64,000 nucleotides of DNA from a virus: IMG/VR virus record IMGVR_UViG_3300014158_000003, positions 32,001 through 96,000 of that record; one strand, written 5' to 3'. The notes beneath the pieces are model-generated. The model saw nothing but the letters and a program-made list of their open reading frames with translations, was not told where the DNA came from and did no database searches. The first letter of the stretch is position 1; every line of letters starts with the position of its first letter. This document shows, one piece after another, positions 1 through 9,066 of the stretch. Position numbers and translations under genes: made by a program.

Positions 1-582
1 ATCGTTCCGAAGCTGGGCGACCAGGTAGAACTCGATGAGCCGCTGCAAGTCGGACACGTCGACGACCCCCGATGACCAAGCTCGGTCGGCTGCTTCTAGC
101 GCCCGGTAGTACGCGCGCGGCGCGTACTTCATCCTCTGCGGCACCGGACGCTCTCCGGGGAGCTCTCTGCCTAGCCGCTGGCTCATGACCAGGTACGAAA
201 CCGCCCGCGCGGTGCGCCCGTTGCCGTCGTCGAACGGGTGGATCCACGCCAATCGCCACATGATGAACGCCGCTGCAAAGAGGGCGTCATTCGAGCCGTT
301 GACGTAATTGCACGCCTCCTGCGTCAGGCGAGGCAAGTCTTCGTGTGGAGGTGGTACGTGGCTGGACCCGAAGATCTCGACGTCGTCGCTCGTGCGCCAT
401 CGGCCGGCGCTAGGGAGGATATCTCTCATTGCAGCCTGGTGGAGGCTGAGGGTCATTCGCGGGGTCAGCGTTTGATGCGCAGGCGACCGCACCCACCGCT
501 GCACCATGCGTAACTGAGCTAGACCGCCCTCAGCCTCGAGAATCTCCGACTCGCTCTCGTCGTCGTCGAACCCCCACCCCAT
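1..582 (-). CDS. Fic/DOC-family protein (runs off the left edge)
   Basis: Manual translation from ATG at 582 gives AWIHPFDDGNGRTARAVSYL, the canonical Fic motif HPFxDGNGR. Not in the supplied ORF track. Confidence 0.9.
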   Translation of the reverse strand, partial: MGWGFDDDESESEILEAEGGLAQLRMVQRWVRSPAHQTLTPRMTLSLHQAAMRDILPSAGRWRTSDDVEIFGSSHVPPPHEDLPRLTQEACNYVNGSNDALFAAAFIMWRLAWIHPFDDGNGRTARAVSYLVMSQRLGRELPGERPVPQRMKYAPRAYYRALEAADRAWSSGVVDVSDLQRLIEFYLVAQLRND

Positions 583-758
583 CAACGAACCGCGCGGCGT
601 CGCCGCATTCTCTCCGCCGCGATGTCAACGATCTCGCGCGTCACTCGCGCGTTCTCCAGGCCGATGTTCCCTGCCACGAAGTTGCGCGCCTGCTCCTCGC
701 GCTCCGCCTCCGTCATCGGGCGAGACTCTCGGATCAGTCGAGCGAGTTCGCGCGTCAC
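582..758 (-). CDS. VbhA-like Fic antitoxin (58 aa)
   Basis: Manual translation MTRELARLIRESRPMTEAEREEQARNFVAGNIGLENARVTREIVD. NIGLEN resembles the inhibitory (S/T)xxxE(G/N) motif. TGATG overlap with the fic start. Confidence 0.65.
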   Translation of the reverse strand: MTRELARLIRESRPMTEAEREEQARNFVAGNIGLENARVTREIVDIAAERMRRRRAVR

Positions 759-1057
759 GGTAGGTCAGTGTAGCTCACGCACGAGTCTGGCGCAAAGACG
801 CGCGCCCTCTACGGGCGATCGACACCGACGCGCGGCCCGCGCGCGATCGTGCTTTCGTAGCAGCGTCTCGTAGCAGCGCCAGCATCGCACGCGCGGTACG
901 CTGCGGGGGCGGTGCAGCCGCCACCCTCGACCAAATCGTCGCCGCGCCCCGCGGCGACGAGCCGTTCCATCGCGACGAGCTTCGCGCCCGGTGTGCTCCA
1001 GCCCGGCGATCGACTGGTCGTTGCGCTGGACGTGCTCCTGCACGCGGCCCCAGCGTA

Positions 1058-1486
1058 TCACACCTGAAGTGGGGTCGACGTCTCCGGTCGCTTGGGCCCT
1101 TTGAGCCAAGGCTTGAGGTCCATGTAGTCCGGAAGCGCGAACACGTTGCGCTCCGTCATGCAGGCTGGGGTCATCAGCGTCAGGCGCAAGAAGAACGGGC
1201 AGTGCTTGGCCGACCGCACCAGAAACACTGGTGCAGGTGCCGGTCCGATGCTCCGCGTCCACGCGGGCGGGTCGTCCCCGTTTCTCCACGCGAGGAGTTC
1301 CACGAGTGAGGCGTAAACGGCGCGCGCGCGAACGTACGGGAAGTCGGGGGGTGGGGCGTCCGACCACGAGAAGTCAGCACGCGAGGCGTCCTTGATGATC
1401 TGGCAGACCGTCAGGTCGCTGTCGTCGATGTCGCGCAGTGCAGCGACGACGAGTTCGCGTGGGTTCAAGGAAAATGCTGGTCTCAT
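1058..1486 (-). CDS. hypothetical protein
   Basis: Protein-like composition, ATGA overlap with the upstream 68-aa gene. Confidence 0.7.
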   Translation of the reverse strand: MRPAFSLNPRELVVAALRDIDDSDLTVCQIIKDASRADFSWSDAPPPDFPYVRARAVYASLVELLAWRNGDDPPAWTRSIGPAPAPVFLVRSAKHCPFFLRLTLMTPACMTERNVFALPDYMDLKPWLKGPKRPETSTPLQV

Positions 1487-1689
1487 GCCGCCGGGCCGTC
1501 CTTGCGCGCGCCGATCCTGGAGACCTGCGACGCCTCGAACGCACGCAGGGCGTCCCGGCAGCGGTCGCCCGCCGTCCCGCGCACACTTCCAGGCTCGCGC
1601 AGCTCTTTCAAGATTGACCTCGGATCGACGTCATGTGCGGACGACAGACGTCGAAGGACCGTGATGGGGATCAATGGGCGGTCGGCCAT
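1483..1689 (-). CDS. small putative HTH regulator
   Basis: LRRLSSAHDVDPRSILKEL HTH-like pattern; divergent from the main operon; resembles 48490-48660. Confidence 0.6.
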   Translation of the reverse strand: MADRPLIPITVLRRLSSAHDVDPRSILKELREPGSVRGTAGDRCRDALRAFEASQVSRIGARKDGPAA

Positions 1690-1851
1690 GCTTTCTGACG
1701 GATCATGCTCTCACGGTACGGCCTCAATGTCCACCGTGCTGTACGGCGCGGCACCGTGCCGCATGGCGCTAAGAATCGCTGTCAGAGCGCTCGCTGATCG
1801 ATTGACCCAGCCATGCGTACGACCGCAGGATGCCCCGAGTAGGACTCGAGG

Positions 1852-2061
1852 ATGCCGAGAGCAGCTCTGTACCCCGCGGTCGCGTCGGTCAAGATGAGCG
1901 CAGAGCAGATGCGCCTCATCAACCAGCGCGCCAAATTGTGCGGGGTGCGGCCGAGTGTCTGGATGCGTTCCATCCTGATGCAGGCGGCGTCTTCGGCTTC
2001 CAGGGACAAGCCGCGCGACGGCTACCTCCGCATCCGAGAGCCGGAAGGGATTACGACCTGA
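1852..2061 (+). CDS. ribbon-helix-helix (CopG/MobC-like) DNA-binding protein
   Basis: ASVKMSAEQMRLINQRAKLCGVRPSVWMRSIL RHH pattern; GAGG RBS; first gene of the operon. Confidence 0.65.
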   Translation: MPRAALYPAVASVKMSAEQMRLINQRAKLCGVRPSVWMRSILMQAASSASRDKPRDGYLRIREPEGITT

Positions 2062-2516
2062 TGGACAGATCGCAGCAGCACATGCTCGGCCTCGACCCCG
2101 AGAAGCAGGTCAAGGTCGATGTGCGCGTCTGGTTCGGGCAGAAGCTCGCGCTCTGGCGCAGCAAGGTCGGCTGGGACATCGCCGTCCGGCAGGCGGGCGA
2201 GATCGTCGCGCGCTGCCGGCACACGGACGGCTGCGACGGCGCGAAGGACGAGGGGGCGCCGTGCCTCGGAGAGTGCCCGGACCGCGAGATCCGGATGTCC
2301 GCCCTGGTCGTCTTGAACGCCGCCCGGCAGTTCGCGCCGCCGAGCGCCAGCAAGATCGCCAACCAGCCGTACACGGCGCCGAGCCGGGAATACTTCTCGG
2401 ACGTCGTCGCGGAGCTCGGCGCGTGCCAGGCCGAACTCGCGGCCCTGCAGCGGGACGGTGGTTACGGCGCCGTCCGAGAACGACCCCACCCAAGCTCGAG
2501 GAGAAAAACCCAGTGA
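2061..2516 (+). CDS. hypothetical Cys-containing protein
   Basis: TGATG coupling to the RHH gene; CRH..C...C..C cluster. Confidence 0.65.
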   Translation: MDRSQQHMLGLDPEKQVKVDVRVWFGQKLALWRSKVGWDIAVRQAGEIVARCRHTDGCDGAKDEGAPCLGECPDREIRMSALVVLNAARQFAPPSASKIANQPYTAPSREYFSDVVAELGACQAELAALQRDGGYGAVRERPHPSSRRKTQ

Positions 2517-2905
2517 AGTTCGAACCACGCCGCGGTCAAGCCATCGGCCGCATCGTCATCAAGCCGTCGCGATCGTCCATCCTCAGGCCGGATCAGACCA
2601 AGGGGATCTCGAAGTTCGTGATCCTCGACGCGGTCGGTCCCGATCTCCTGGCCAAGGGCTTGAAGGTGGGTGACGTCATCGTTCCGCGGGCGGTCGGCAA
2701 CGTCATGATGGACGACGGCGCCTCGTTCCGGCCGACCGTCAACGAGGAGGACATCTTGCTCGTCGTGCGCGACTGGTCGAGCCTCGACGAGTTTCACGTG
2801 CAGGTCGACAACGGCACGAGGTACGTGCCCTTCAGCGACGCGCTGGCCGCCAAGTCGCTCGGAGCGATCAGCGAGGCGCAGGACGCCAACTCGGCGGCGG
2901 CATGA
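2513..2905 (+). CDS. GroES-like co-chaperonin
   Basis: MKFEPRRGQAIGRIVIKP..SSILRPD..ILDAVGPD..LKVGDVIV..VNEEDILLVV follows the Cpn10 pattern; GTGA overlap. Confidence 0.6.
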   Translation: MKFEPRRGQAIGRIVIKPSRSSILRPDQTKGISKFVILDAVGPDLLAKGLKVGDVIVPRAVGNVMMDDGASFRPTVNEEDILLVVRDWSSLDEFHVQVDNGTRYVPFSDALAAKSLGAISEAQDANSAAA

Positions 2906-3597
2906 GCCGGATCGTCAGCGCGTACGACCCGACGGCGGTCGCCCGACTGCTCCAGCGCAGCGGCGGGTGCGGCTGTCGCGAGCCCGCAGCCGCGCGCGTC
3001 GTCGCCGAGCACACGGTGCGGTCGTCGCGCCGGCGCCGGGTGAGAGACGACGCGCACGAGAACGCGCTCGCCGACGCCGGAGCCGACCCGGTCGTCCTCG
3101 GCGCGGGCAACGGGTCGAAGTGTCGGCCGTTCTTGATGGTCCACAAGGATCCAGAGAGGTTCGCCGCGTGCAACGCGCTCGCCGACTCGATCGGGCCGCT
3201 CGACACACCGAAGAAGGCGTTCAAGTTGATCCACGAAGCCATCGGCGACGAGGTCAACGAGGTCTTCGGGATCGTCACGCTCGACCTGCACCTGCGCATG
3301 AAGAGCGTGGCCGAGACGGGTCGCGGCGAGCCGGCCGCCGTGCTGGCGCCCATGGTCCCGACGCTGCAGGCGGCACTCATCGACGGCGCGCATGCCGTGG
3401 TTGTTTTTCATTGTCACCCCTCTGGGATAGAGGCAGAGCCGAGCGACGCGGACAAGGAGACGACCGAGGCGTTCGCGGACGCGTTCGACACCGTCGGTGT
3501 CGGTCTGCTCGACCACATCATCCTAGGAGGGTCCGTCGAGAAACCGTCCTACTTCAGTTTCTTGGAGGCGGGTCTCTTGCCCCCGCTGCCAGAGTAG
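2902..3597 (+). CDS. RadC-like JAB domain protein
   Basis: E..FHCHPSG..PSDADKETT..LLDHIILG JAB/RadC motif. Confidence 0.88.
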   Translation: MSRIVSAYDPTAVARLLQRSGGCGCREPAAARVVAEHTVRSSRRRRVRDDAHENALADAGADPVVLGAGNGSKCRPFLMVHKDPERFAACNALADSIGPLDTPKKAFKLIHEAIGDEVNEVFGIVTLDLHLRMKSVAETGRGEPAAVLAPMVPTLQAALIDGAHAVVVFHCHPSGIEAEPSDADKETTEAFADAFDTVGVGLLDHIILGGSVEKPSYFSFLEAGLLPPLPE

Positions 3598-3671
3598 CCG
3601 CCGGCGAGCCATCTTTTTCATTTCGAACGAAGTTCGCCAAGACCCAATTTTCATTGGAGCCAACCACTCTC

Positions 3672-4139
3672 ATGACCCAGCAACAGCATCCGAACGACCT
3701 GCCCATCCTCCCCGTGGAGCATGAGATACCCCAACCGGATCCGGACGCCACGATCCTGATCCGGCTGGCCACCCACTCGCTCGCCATTGGCGCGAGCGCC
3801 AGCCCCGAACCCATGGCCTGGGTCATGAGCCAGCAGCACCCGCTCGTCCGCACAGCGAAGATCGTGCGGATGTACCTGCGCGAGGACGGCGGGGTCGACG
3901 TGTACTGGAGCGACGGCAAGATGTACCTGCGCACGTTCATCCCGGAGCGCGCCATCATCTTCTTCGAGGAGATCATGAGCAAAGACACCTTCGTCGCGTT
4001 TATCGAGCAAGCCGAGACCGAGACCGAGTCCGAAGAGGAGGAAGAGGATCAGGGACAGGACGAGCCCGAGCCTGCGGGTCAGGTGACCGCCCCGATTCCG
4101 GACCCGAGCGAGCCGGGGCCGACGGGTCCCTCGGCGTAA
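3672..4139 (+). CDS. hypothetical protein with acidic C-terminus
   Basis: GGAG RBS; 3' part of the track ORF 2967..4139. Confidence 0.65.
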   Translation: MTQQQHPNDLPILPVEHEIPQPDPDATILIRLATHSLAIGASASPEPMAWVMSQQHPLVRTAKIVRMYLREDGGVDVYWSDGKMYLRTFIPERAIIFFEEIMSKDTFVAFIEQAETETESEEEEEDQGQDEPEPAGQVTAPIPDPSEPGPTGPSA

Positions 4140-4153
4140 AGGGAGGTCGACGA

Positions 4154-6145
4154 ATGCCGACCGGAGACGAGCCCGAGGATGTCGAAGAGGACGTCGAGGA
4201 CGAGGACGACAGCGATGACGAGGAGGGCGGCGACGCTGGCAGCGGAGACGACGACACCATCGAGTCGGACGGTCAGCGGCTTGTCCGGCTCGACCGGCGC
4301 CGGCGCATCGCCGCCGCGCCGTCGGACCTCGCCCCGACCTCGACCCGGGACTCGCGCGCGTCACCAAGACCGCCCGCGCCCACGCCTCGGGTCACCGCCA
4401 ACCCGACCCGCCGTCGACCCAAGAAGAAGAAGCGCCCCACCGAACCCGCCGCGAACCCCACGCCCGTGACCAACCACACAGCACCTCCGCCGCCCCAACC
4501 TCCCGCTCCGGCGGCCCCGGCGCCCCCCGCCGCGAGCGCGGCGGAGGGCAACGTCTTTCTTGCGTTCGAGGAGACGGTCAAACTGCACCCGGCTGCGTCG
4601 CACACGATCGCGGTCGTCCGCAAGAGCGGCACCCCGGCGCAGTGGATGATCGCCGACCGGCCGCGCACGGCCAACGAGCTGTACGCCGCGATCCTGAGGA
4701 TCCACGGGCGCAGCCCGGAGACCACCTACGAGGTCACCTTCCGCGACGGGGCCGGGCACGGCAACGGCGGCGAGGTCTCGATGCCGAGCACGGTGGACCA
4801 GCCCGGCGCGCCCATGGCGCCTGCGCCAGCGTACCCGTCGCCGCCGCAACCGCAGTACGCGCAGCCGCCGTACGCGCCGCAGTACCCGCCGCCCGCGGTC
4901 GCCGCCCCAGTCGCGCCGCAGGCCCAGCCGGGCACCCCGTTCGACGCGATGCTGGCGATGCAGAAGCAGCTCTTCGAGATGGTGAACGCGATGGCGCCGA
5001 AGCCGGTCGCCGCCCCGCCGGCGCCGCCCGCTCCACCCCAGCAGCCGCCCGCGCCGGACATCAACGCGCTGCTCGCGATGCAGAAGCAGATGTTCGACAT
5101 GATCCAGGCGCTGCAGGCCCCCGTCGGCGGTTCCGCCGCTCCGCCGCCGGCGCCACCCCCGCCGCAGCAGCAGGCGCCCGCACCCGCCGCCGCTCCGGAT
5201 CCGATGAGCGCGATGCTCGCGATGCAGAAGCAGGTGTTCGACATGATGCAGGCGCTGCAGACCGGACACCCGCCGCCGGCTCCGGCTCCTGCGCCGCCCA
5301 CACCTGCGCCTGCGCCGCCTACCGACCCGACCGGCGCGATGCTCGCGATGCAGAAGCAGATGTTCGACATGATGCTCACGATGATGCAGACGGCCCAGCG
5401 AGGGGCTGCCCCGGCGGGGCCTGCCGGCCCGTACAGGCGCTACGACCCGCGCGACCCGCGCGACCCCCGCGATCCGGGCGATCCCAGCGCGCCGCCGTAC
5501 GCGCGGCCGCCCTACCCGCCGTCGCCGCAGCGGCCGCAGACGCCGACCGAGCAGCTGCAGGACGCGGTCAGGGTCGTGCGCTCGACCGTGGAAATCGCGC
5601 GCGAGTTCGCCGAGGGGTTCGGCGGTCGCGCGGCCGAGCCGGCGCCGCCGCCCGTCGACGATGACGACGACAGCCCCGTGAAGGTCATCGACATGGGCCT
5701 GGCCAAGAGCGTCATCAACCGGAGCGACGGGACCCTGCGCGGCTTCGAGACGGCGATGGCCAACCTGCCGAGCGCCCTCAAGTGGTGGGGCGAGCAGCAG
5801 GAGAAGATCCGCTCCGCGAGGGCGGAGGCCGAGGAGCGAAGGCGCCAGCAGCAGCTGCCCCCTGGGTACGTGGTGGCGACGCCGGACTACCAACCCCCGG
5901 AGGGGTTCGTCGCCGTCCCGGTCTGCAAGCACGGGCGCCCCGTCGTGGAGTGTCCCGACGAGCGGTGCCGCGCGGGGCTGAGGCAGGCTGCGCCGGCGCA
6001 GCCGGTCGCCGCCCCGCTGCCGGAGCCGCCGGCCGAGATGCCGCCGCCGATCGCCCAGCGCGAGCCGGTCCGGCCGGTCGCTGAGAGTGAGGGGACGGGA
6101 CCGACGTCGTGGGGCATGCCGCCCGGGATCCCACAGAAACAGTAG
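4154..6145 (+). CDS. proline-rich protein with four AMLAMQKQMFDM helical repeats
   Basis: GGGAGG RBS; acidic N-terminus; repeats separated by Pro/Ala linkers. Confidence 0.8.
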   Translation: MPTGDEPEDVEEDVEDEDDSDDEEGGDAGSGDDDTIESDGQRLVRLDRRRRIAAAPSDLAPTSTRDSRASPRPPAPTPRVTANPTRRRPKKKKRPTEPAANPTPVTNHTAPPPPQPPAPAAPAPPAASAAEGNVFLAFEETVKLHPAASHTIAVVRKSGTPAQWMIADRPRTANELYAAILRIHGRSPETTYEVTFRDGAGHGNGGEVSMPSTVDQPGAPMAPAPAYPSPPQPQYAQPPYAPQYPPPAVAAPVAPQAQPGTPFDAMLAMQKQLFEMVNAMAPKPVAAPPAPPAPPQQPPAPDINALLAMQKQMFDMIQALQAPVGGSAAPPPAPPPPQQQAPAPAAAPDPMSAMLAMQKQVFDMMQALQTGHPPPAPAPAPPTPAPAPPTDPTGAMLAMQKQMFDMMLTMMQTAQRGAAPAGPAGPYRRYDPRDPRDPRDPGDPSAPPYARPPYPPSPQRPQTPTEQLQDAVRVVRSTVEIAREFAEGFGGRAAEPAPPPVDDDDDSPVKVIDMGLAKSVINRSDGTLRGFETAMANLPSALKWWGEQQEKIRSARAEAEERRRQQQLPPGYVVATPDYQPPEGFVAVPVCKHGRPVVECPDERCRAGLRQAAPAQPVAAPLPEPPAEMPPPIAQREPVRPVAESEGTGPTSWGMPPGIPQKQ

Positions 6146-6158
6146 GAGAACGGAAACG

Positions 6159-6341
6159 ATGCGCTTCGCCATCTTCATGAGGGTCACCGTCGACGCGTCG
6201 GGCGAGCCGCAGGCGGTCGACTGGGCGAGGAAGTTCGAGAAGCTGCTCAAGAACCCGATGGCGAAGACGGCGATCGTGGCCGAGGGGATCAAGATGGTCG
6301 GCGAGCCGGTGGCGCTGCAGCCGAAGCGGGAGGACCCGTGA
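6159..6341 (+). CDS. small hypothetical protein
   Basis: AGGAG RBS; MRFAIFMRVTVD...; GTGA overlap with the next gene. Confidence 0.65.
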   Translation: MRFAIFMRVTVDASGEPQAVDWARKFEKLLKNPMAKTAIVAEGIKMVGEPVALQPKREDP

Positions 6342-6979
6342 CCAGGGCCGAATACGAGAAACCGGAGGGCGCGTGCTCGTACGGCTCGTGCCTCAAGAAG
6401 GCGATCGAGGGAGGCCGGTGCGGCCGGCACCACCGGTTCGCCTTCAAGAGCCGCGTGAGATTCGGCGGCGAGAGCCGCGAGAAGGTCCAGCGGGTGCGGT
6501 TCGGGACCGACGTCGGCGACCCGCGCGAGGCCCTCGTCGAGGCCCTCGCGGGAGACGACGCGCTCGCCGTCGTGGACGCGCTCGACGTCTATCTGGATAT
6601 CCCGGTCGGGCTCCAGCTGTCGGTCCGAAACCCAGACGCCGAGCGGGACCAGGCGATCCGGGAGCGAGACGAGGCGGTCGCGCGCGCGGAGAGAGCCGAG
6701 CAAGGGCTGAATGGATCGCAGGTGTCCGAGCCGGTGTCGCCGGTGCAACCGGAACCGCCGTCGAGCGCCTCGTCGCTGCCACCAACGTCGCCCGACGTGT
6801 ACACGCAGAACGACATCGCCAACGGCGTGCCCGAGTCGACCGACGAGATCGTCGGCGTCGCGGACAACCTCAGGGTCGCTGCGGCTTCGCTGCGCGTGGC
6901 TGTCAGGACGCTCGCGGACGTCGCCGCGTCGAAGCTCGTCGCGGCGGTCGCTAAGTTCAAGCGCGCTCAGCGAACCTGA
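6338..6979 (+). CDS. hypothetical protein containing segments of the putative capsid protein
   Basis: N-terminal C/H cluster; GGESREKVQRV and SPDVYTQNDIANG are shared with 13641..14936. Confidence 0.7.
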   Translation: MTRAEYEKPEGACSYGSCLKKAIEGGRCGRHHRFAFKSRVRFGGESREKVQRVRFGTDVGDPREALVEALAGDDALAVVDALDVYLDIPVGLQLSVRNPDAERDQAIRERDEAVARAERAEQGLNGSQVSEPVSPVQPEPPSSASSLPPTSPDVYTQNDIANGVPESTDEIVGVADNLRVAAASLRVAVRTLADVAASKLVAAVAKFKRAQRT

Positions 6980-6980
6980 C

Positions 6981-7475
6981 GTGGTCAAGAACGCGGAGAT
7001 CGTGACCGTGAACACGGTCGGCCTGACGCGTAACCAGCGCAGGGCCCTGAAGAACCCGAAGGTCATGCGGCGCATCGTCCAGGAGTCACTCGCCGAGATC
7101 AGGGCGGGTAGAAAGGACGTGCCCGCGGACCCCGTCGTCGCGGGCGAAGACGAGGACAGGAGGGAGATGCGACTCATGGCCGAGAAGGTGAGCGATGAGT
7201 GGACGGAAGAGATCCGATCGGCGGCCGGGCGCCTGCACCTGGTCAGGGAGCAGTTCCAGGAAGAAGCTGTGGCGGCCATCCGGGCGTCGATCTCCGCGAC
7301 CATCCGCTCTCCGGAGTTCAGGCGCGCGCTGGCCGAGACGATCGCGGGTGCCGCCAAAGAGGTCGCGAAGGAGATCCTCGCCGAGGACACGCCCCACTTG
7401 GAGGCCGAGGTGCGCGCGCTCGTGCGGGCCAGGTTCGGGGCCGAGGTCGAGAAGGCGGCGAGAACGCGAAGCTGA
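6981..7475 (+). CDS. helical hypothetical protein
   Basis: GTG directly after the previous stop; coiled-coil-like composition. Confidence 0.6.
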   Translation: MVKNAEIVTVNTVGLTRNQRRALKNPKVMRRIVQESLAEIRAGRKDVPADPVVAGEDEDRREMRLMAEKVSDEWTEEIRSAAGRLHLVREQFQEEAVAAIRASISATIRSPEFRRALAETIAGAAKEVAKEILAEDTPHLEAEVRALVRARFGAEVEKAARTRS

Positions 7476-7864
7476 CGCCAGAAGTGCTCGACCGAGTCCG
7501 CGCGAAGCTCGCGGACGGGTCGCACCTGCGCGCCATCGCGAAAGAACTACAGGTGCCGCTATCGACGCTGCACCGGAGAGTACCCGGATTGGCAAAGGGA
7601 GGGACTGACGAGGAGCGCGCCGGGTGGCTGCATAAGGCTTGGATGAAGAACTGGGACAACACGACGCCCGAAGAGCGGCGAAAGCGAACGGCGCATCTCC
7701 GTATGGTGACACATGAGCAGCGGAGCGAAGCCGCCAAGAAATCTTGGGCGTTGATGACGACTGAGCAGAAGGAACAGCGCAGGGAGCGGGTCCGAGAGAC
7801 GTGGGCGCGCAAGAGAAAGCAGCGAGCCATGAAAGGTCGCGCCGCTGTTCACGGCGACCCGTAA
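7463..7864 (+). CDS. HTH plus basic helical-repeat domain; start unclear, possibly a frameshifted continuation of 6981..7475
   Basis: LTPEVLDRVRAKLADGSHLRAIAKELQVPLSTLHR HTH; W..MT.EQ repeats like those in 15626..16714. Confidence 0.5.
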   Translation, partial: NAKLTPEVLDRVRAKLADGSHLRAIAKELQVPLSTLHRRVPGLAKGGTDEERAGWLHKAWMKNWDNTTPEERRKRTAHLRMVTHEQRSEAAKKSWALMTTEQKEQRRERVRETWARKRKQRAMKGRAAVHGDP

Positions 7865-7953
7865 ACCTGTCACTACACGCCGCCCGGCACCTCGTCGGCA
7901 GTGAGGAGCCGTAGCTTCTGGACGCTGCGACCGGTCGCGCGTAGGCTCGAGGG

Positions 7954-9066
7954 GTGCGCACCTACGTTGTCAAGCCCGGTGATTCGCCTGCCAGCATCGC
8001 CGCAAGAGACGAAATGGCGGGCTGTCCAAAGTGCGGGGCAGATTTGGCGAATCCGGAGGTCAACCCACAAAAAGAAGCTGTTGTTCTCTCGAATGGGTTC
8101 CGCACCTTCAAGTCGCTCACGCCCGGTGAAGTCATCAACTTGCCCGATGCTTGGTTCCACCCGGCCCGCGAGAAGCTGCCGAAGACGTACTACCAGATCC
8201 TGCCGCACCCGGACGGCGTCACGCGCGGCACGCTCGGCGACGCGCTCGGCGACTTCCCCGATCTCGACGCCGCCGTGACCGCGGTCGCCCAGCTCGCGGC
8301 GCTGGGCGACGCCGCGTTCACGCGGGCCGTCGGCGACGCCGGCGCGAAGGTCGACGCCGCTGTGAGGGAGGCGTACCGGTCGACGATCCCCGACGCCGCC
8401 GCCAAGGCGAGGCTCGTCAAGGACGCGACGCACTGGGTCTGGCTGCGCAACGTCGACCTCGCGGCCGCCATCGCCGCGGGCGACCGGGCGACCATCGTGA
8501 AGGCGCGCCTGGACATCCAGAACGCGCTCGCGACGGCGCTCGGCAACGCGCGGCTCGCGATCCTCGCGCTCGCGCCGGGCGGTACGTCCGTCGTGTCGCC
8601 GTCCTCCGCGCCGCCTGAGCTGCTCGCGGCCGCGAGGGCGGCCGCCGCCGCCATCGCGTCCGACCCCAACTACTGCACGTCGGTCACGCACCCCGGCACG
8701 CCGGTCAACGCCGCGGTGCACCGCTTTAAGCTCGCGTGGAACGCGACGCAGACGCCGAAGGTCCCCATCGGCACGAGCGCCTACGAGGTCGCGACGACCG
8801 TCGCGCTCGCGCAGGTGAACGGCAGCGCGCCGTCGGCGTGCGGCGCGGGTCGACGCCCGATGCCCGCACCGCCGCCGCCGCCACCGCTCACGCCCAAGCA
8901 GAAGGCAGAGCAGGAGAAGGCGCTCGCGCCGCCGAGCGAGGGCGGCTGGTCGCTGGGCAAGGTCGCCATCGGCGTCGCCGTCGCGGGCGCGGCGGCCGGC
9001 GGCATCGCGTACCTGGTGACGAGGCCGAAGAAGTCAGTGCGTCGAACGAGTCCGGGGTACGCATGA
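7954..9066 (+). CDS. LysM-domain protein with C-terminal membrane anchor
   Basis: TYVVKPGDSPASIA..L..GEVINLP LysM; VAIGVAVAGAAAGGIAYLV TM followed by a basic tail. Confidence 0.8.
   Translation: MRTYVVKPGDSPASIAARDEMAGCPKCGADLANPEVNPQKEAVVLSNGFRTFKSLTPGEVINLPDAWFHPAREKLPKTYYQILPHPDGVTRGTLGDALGDFPDLDAAVTAVAQLAALGDAAFTRAVGDAGAKVDAAVREAYRSTIPDAAAKARLVKDATHWVWLRNVDLAAAIAAGDRATIVKARLDIQNALATALGNARLAILALAPGGTSVVSPSSAPPELLAAARAAAAAIASDPNYCTSVTHPGTPVNAAVHRFKLAWNATQTPKVPIGTSAYEVATTVALAQVNGSAPSACGAGRRPMPAPPPPPPLTPKQKAEQEKALAPPSEGGWSLGKVAIGVAVAGAAAGGIAYLVTRPKKSVRRTSPGYA

Noticed and set aside
4361-7525. 1054-aa minus-strand ORF
   Set aside because: Antisense shadow of coupled plus-strand genes in high-GC DNA; no motifs. 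The same applies to 10063..13452, 21673..24147, 25185..27527, 46507..49320 and 51172..53166.
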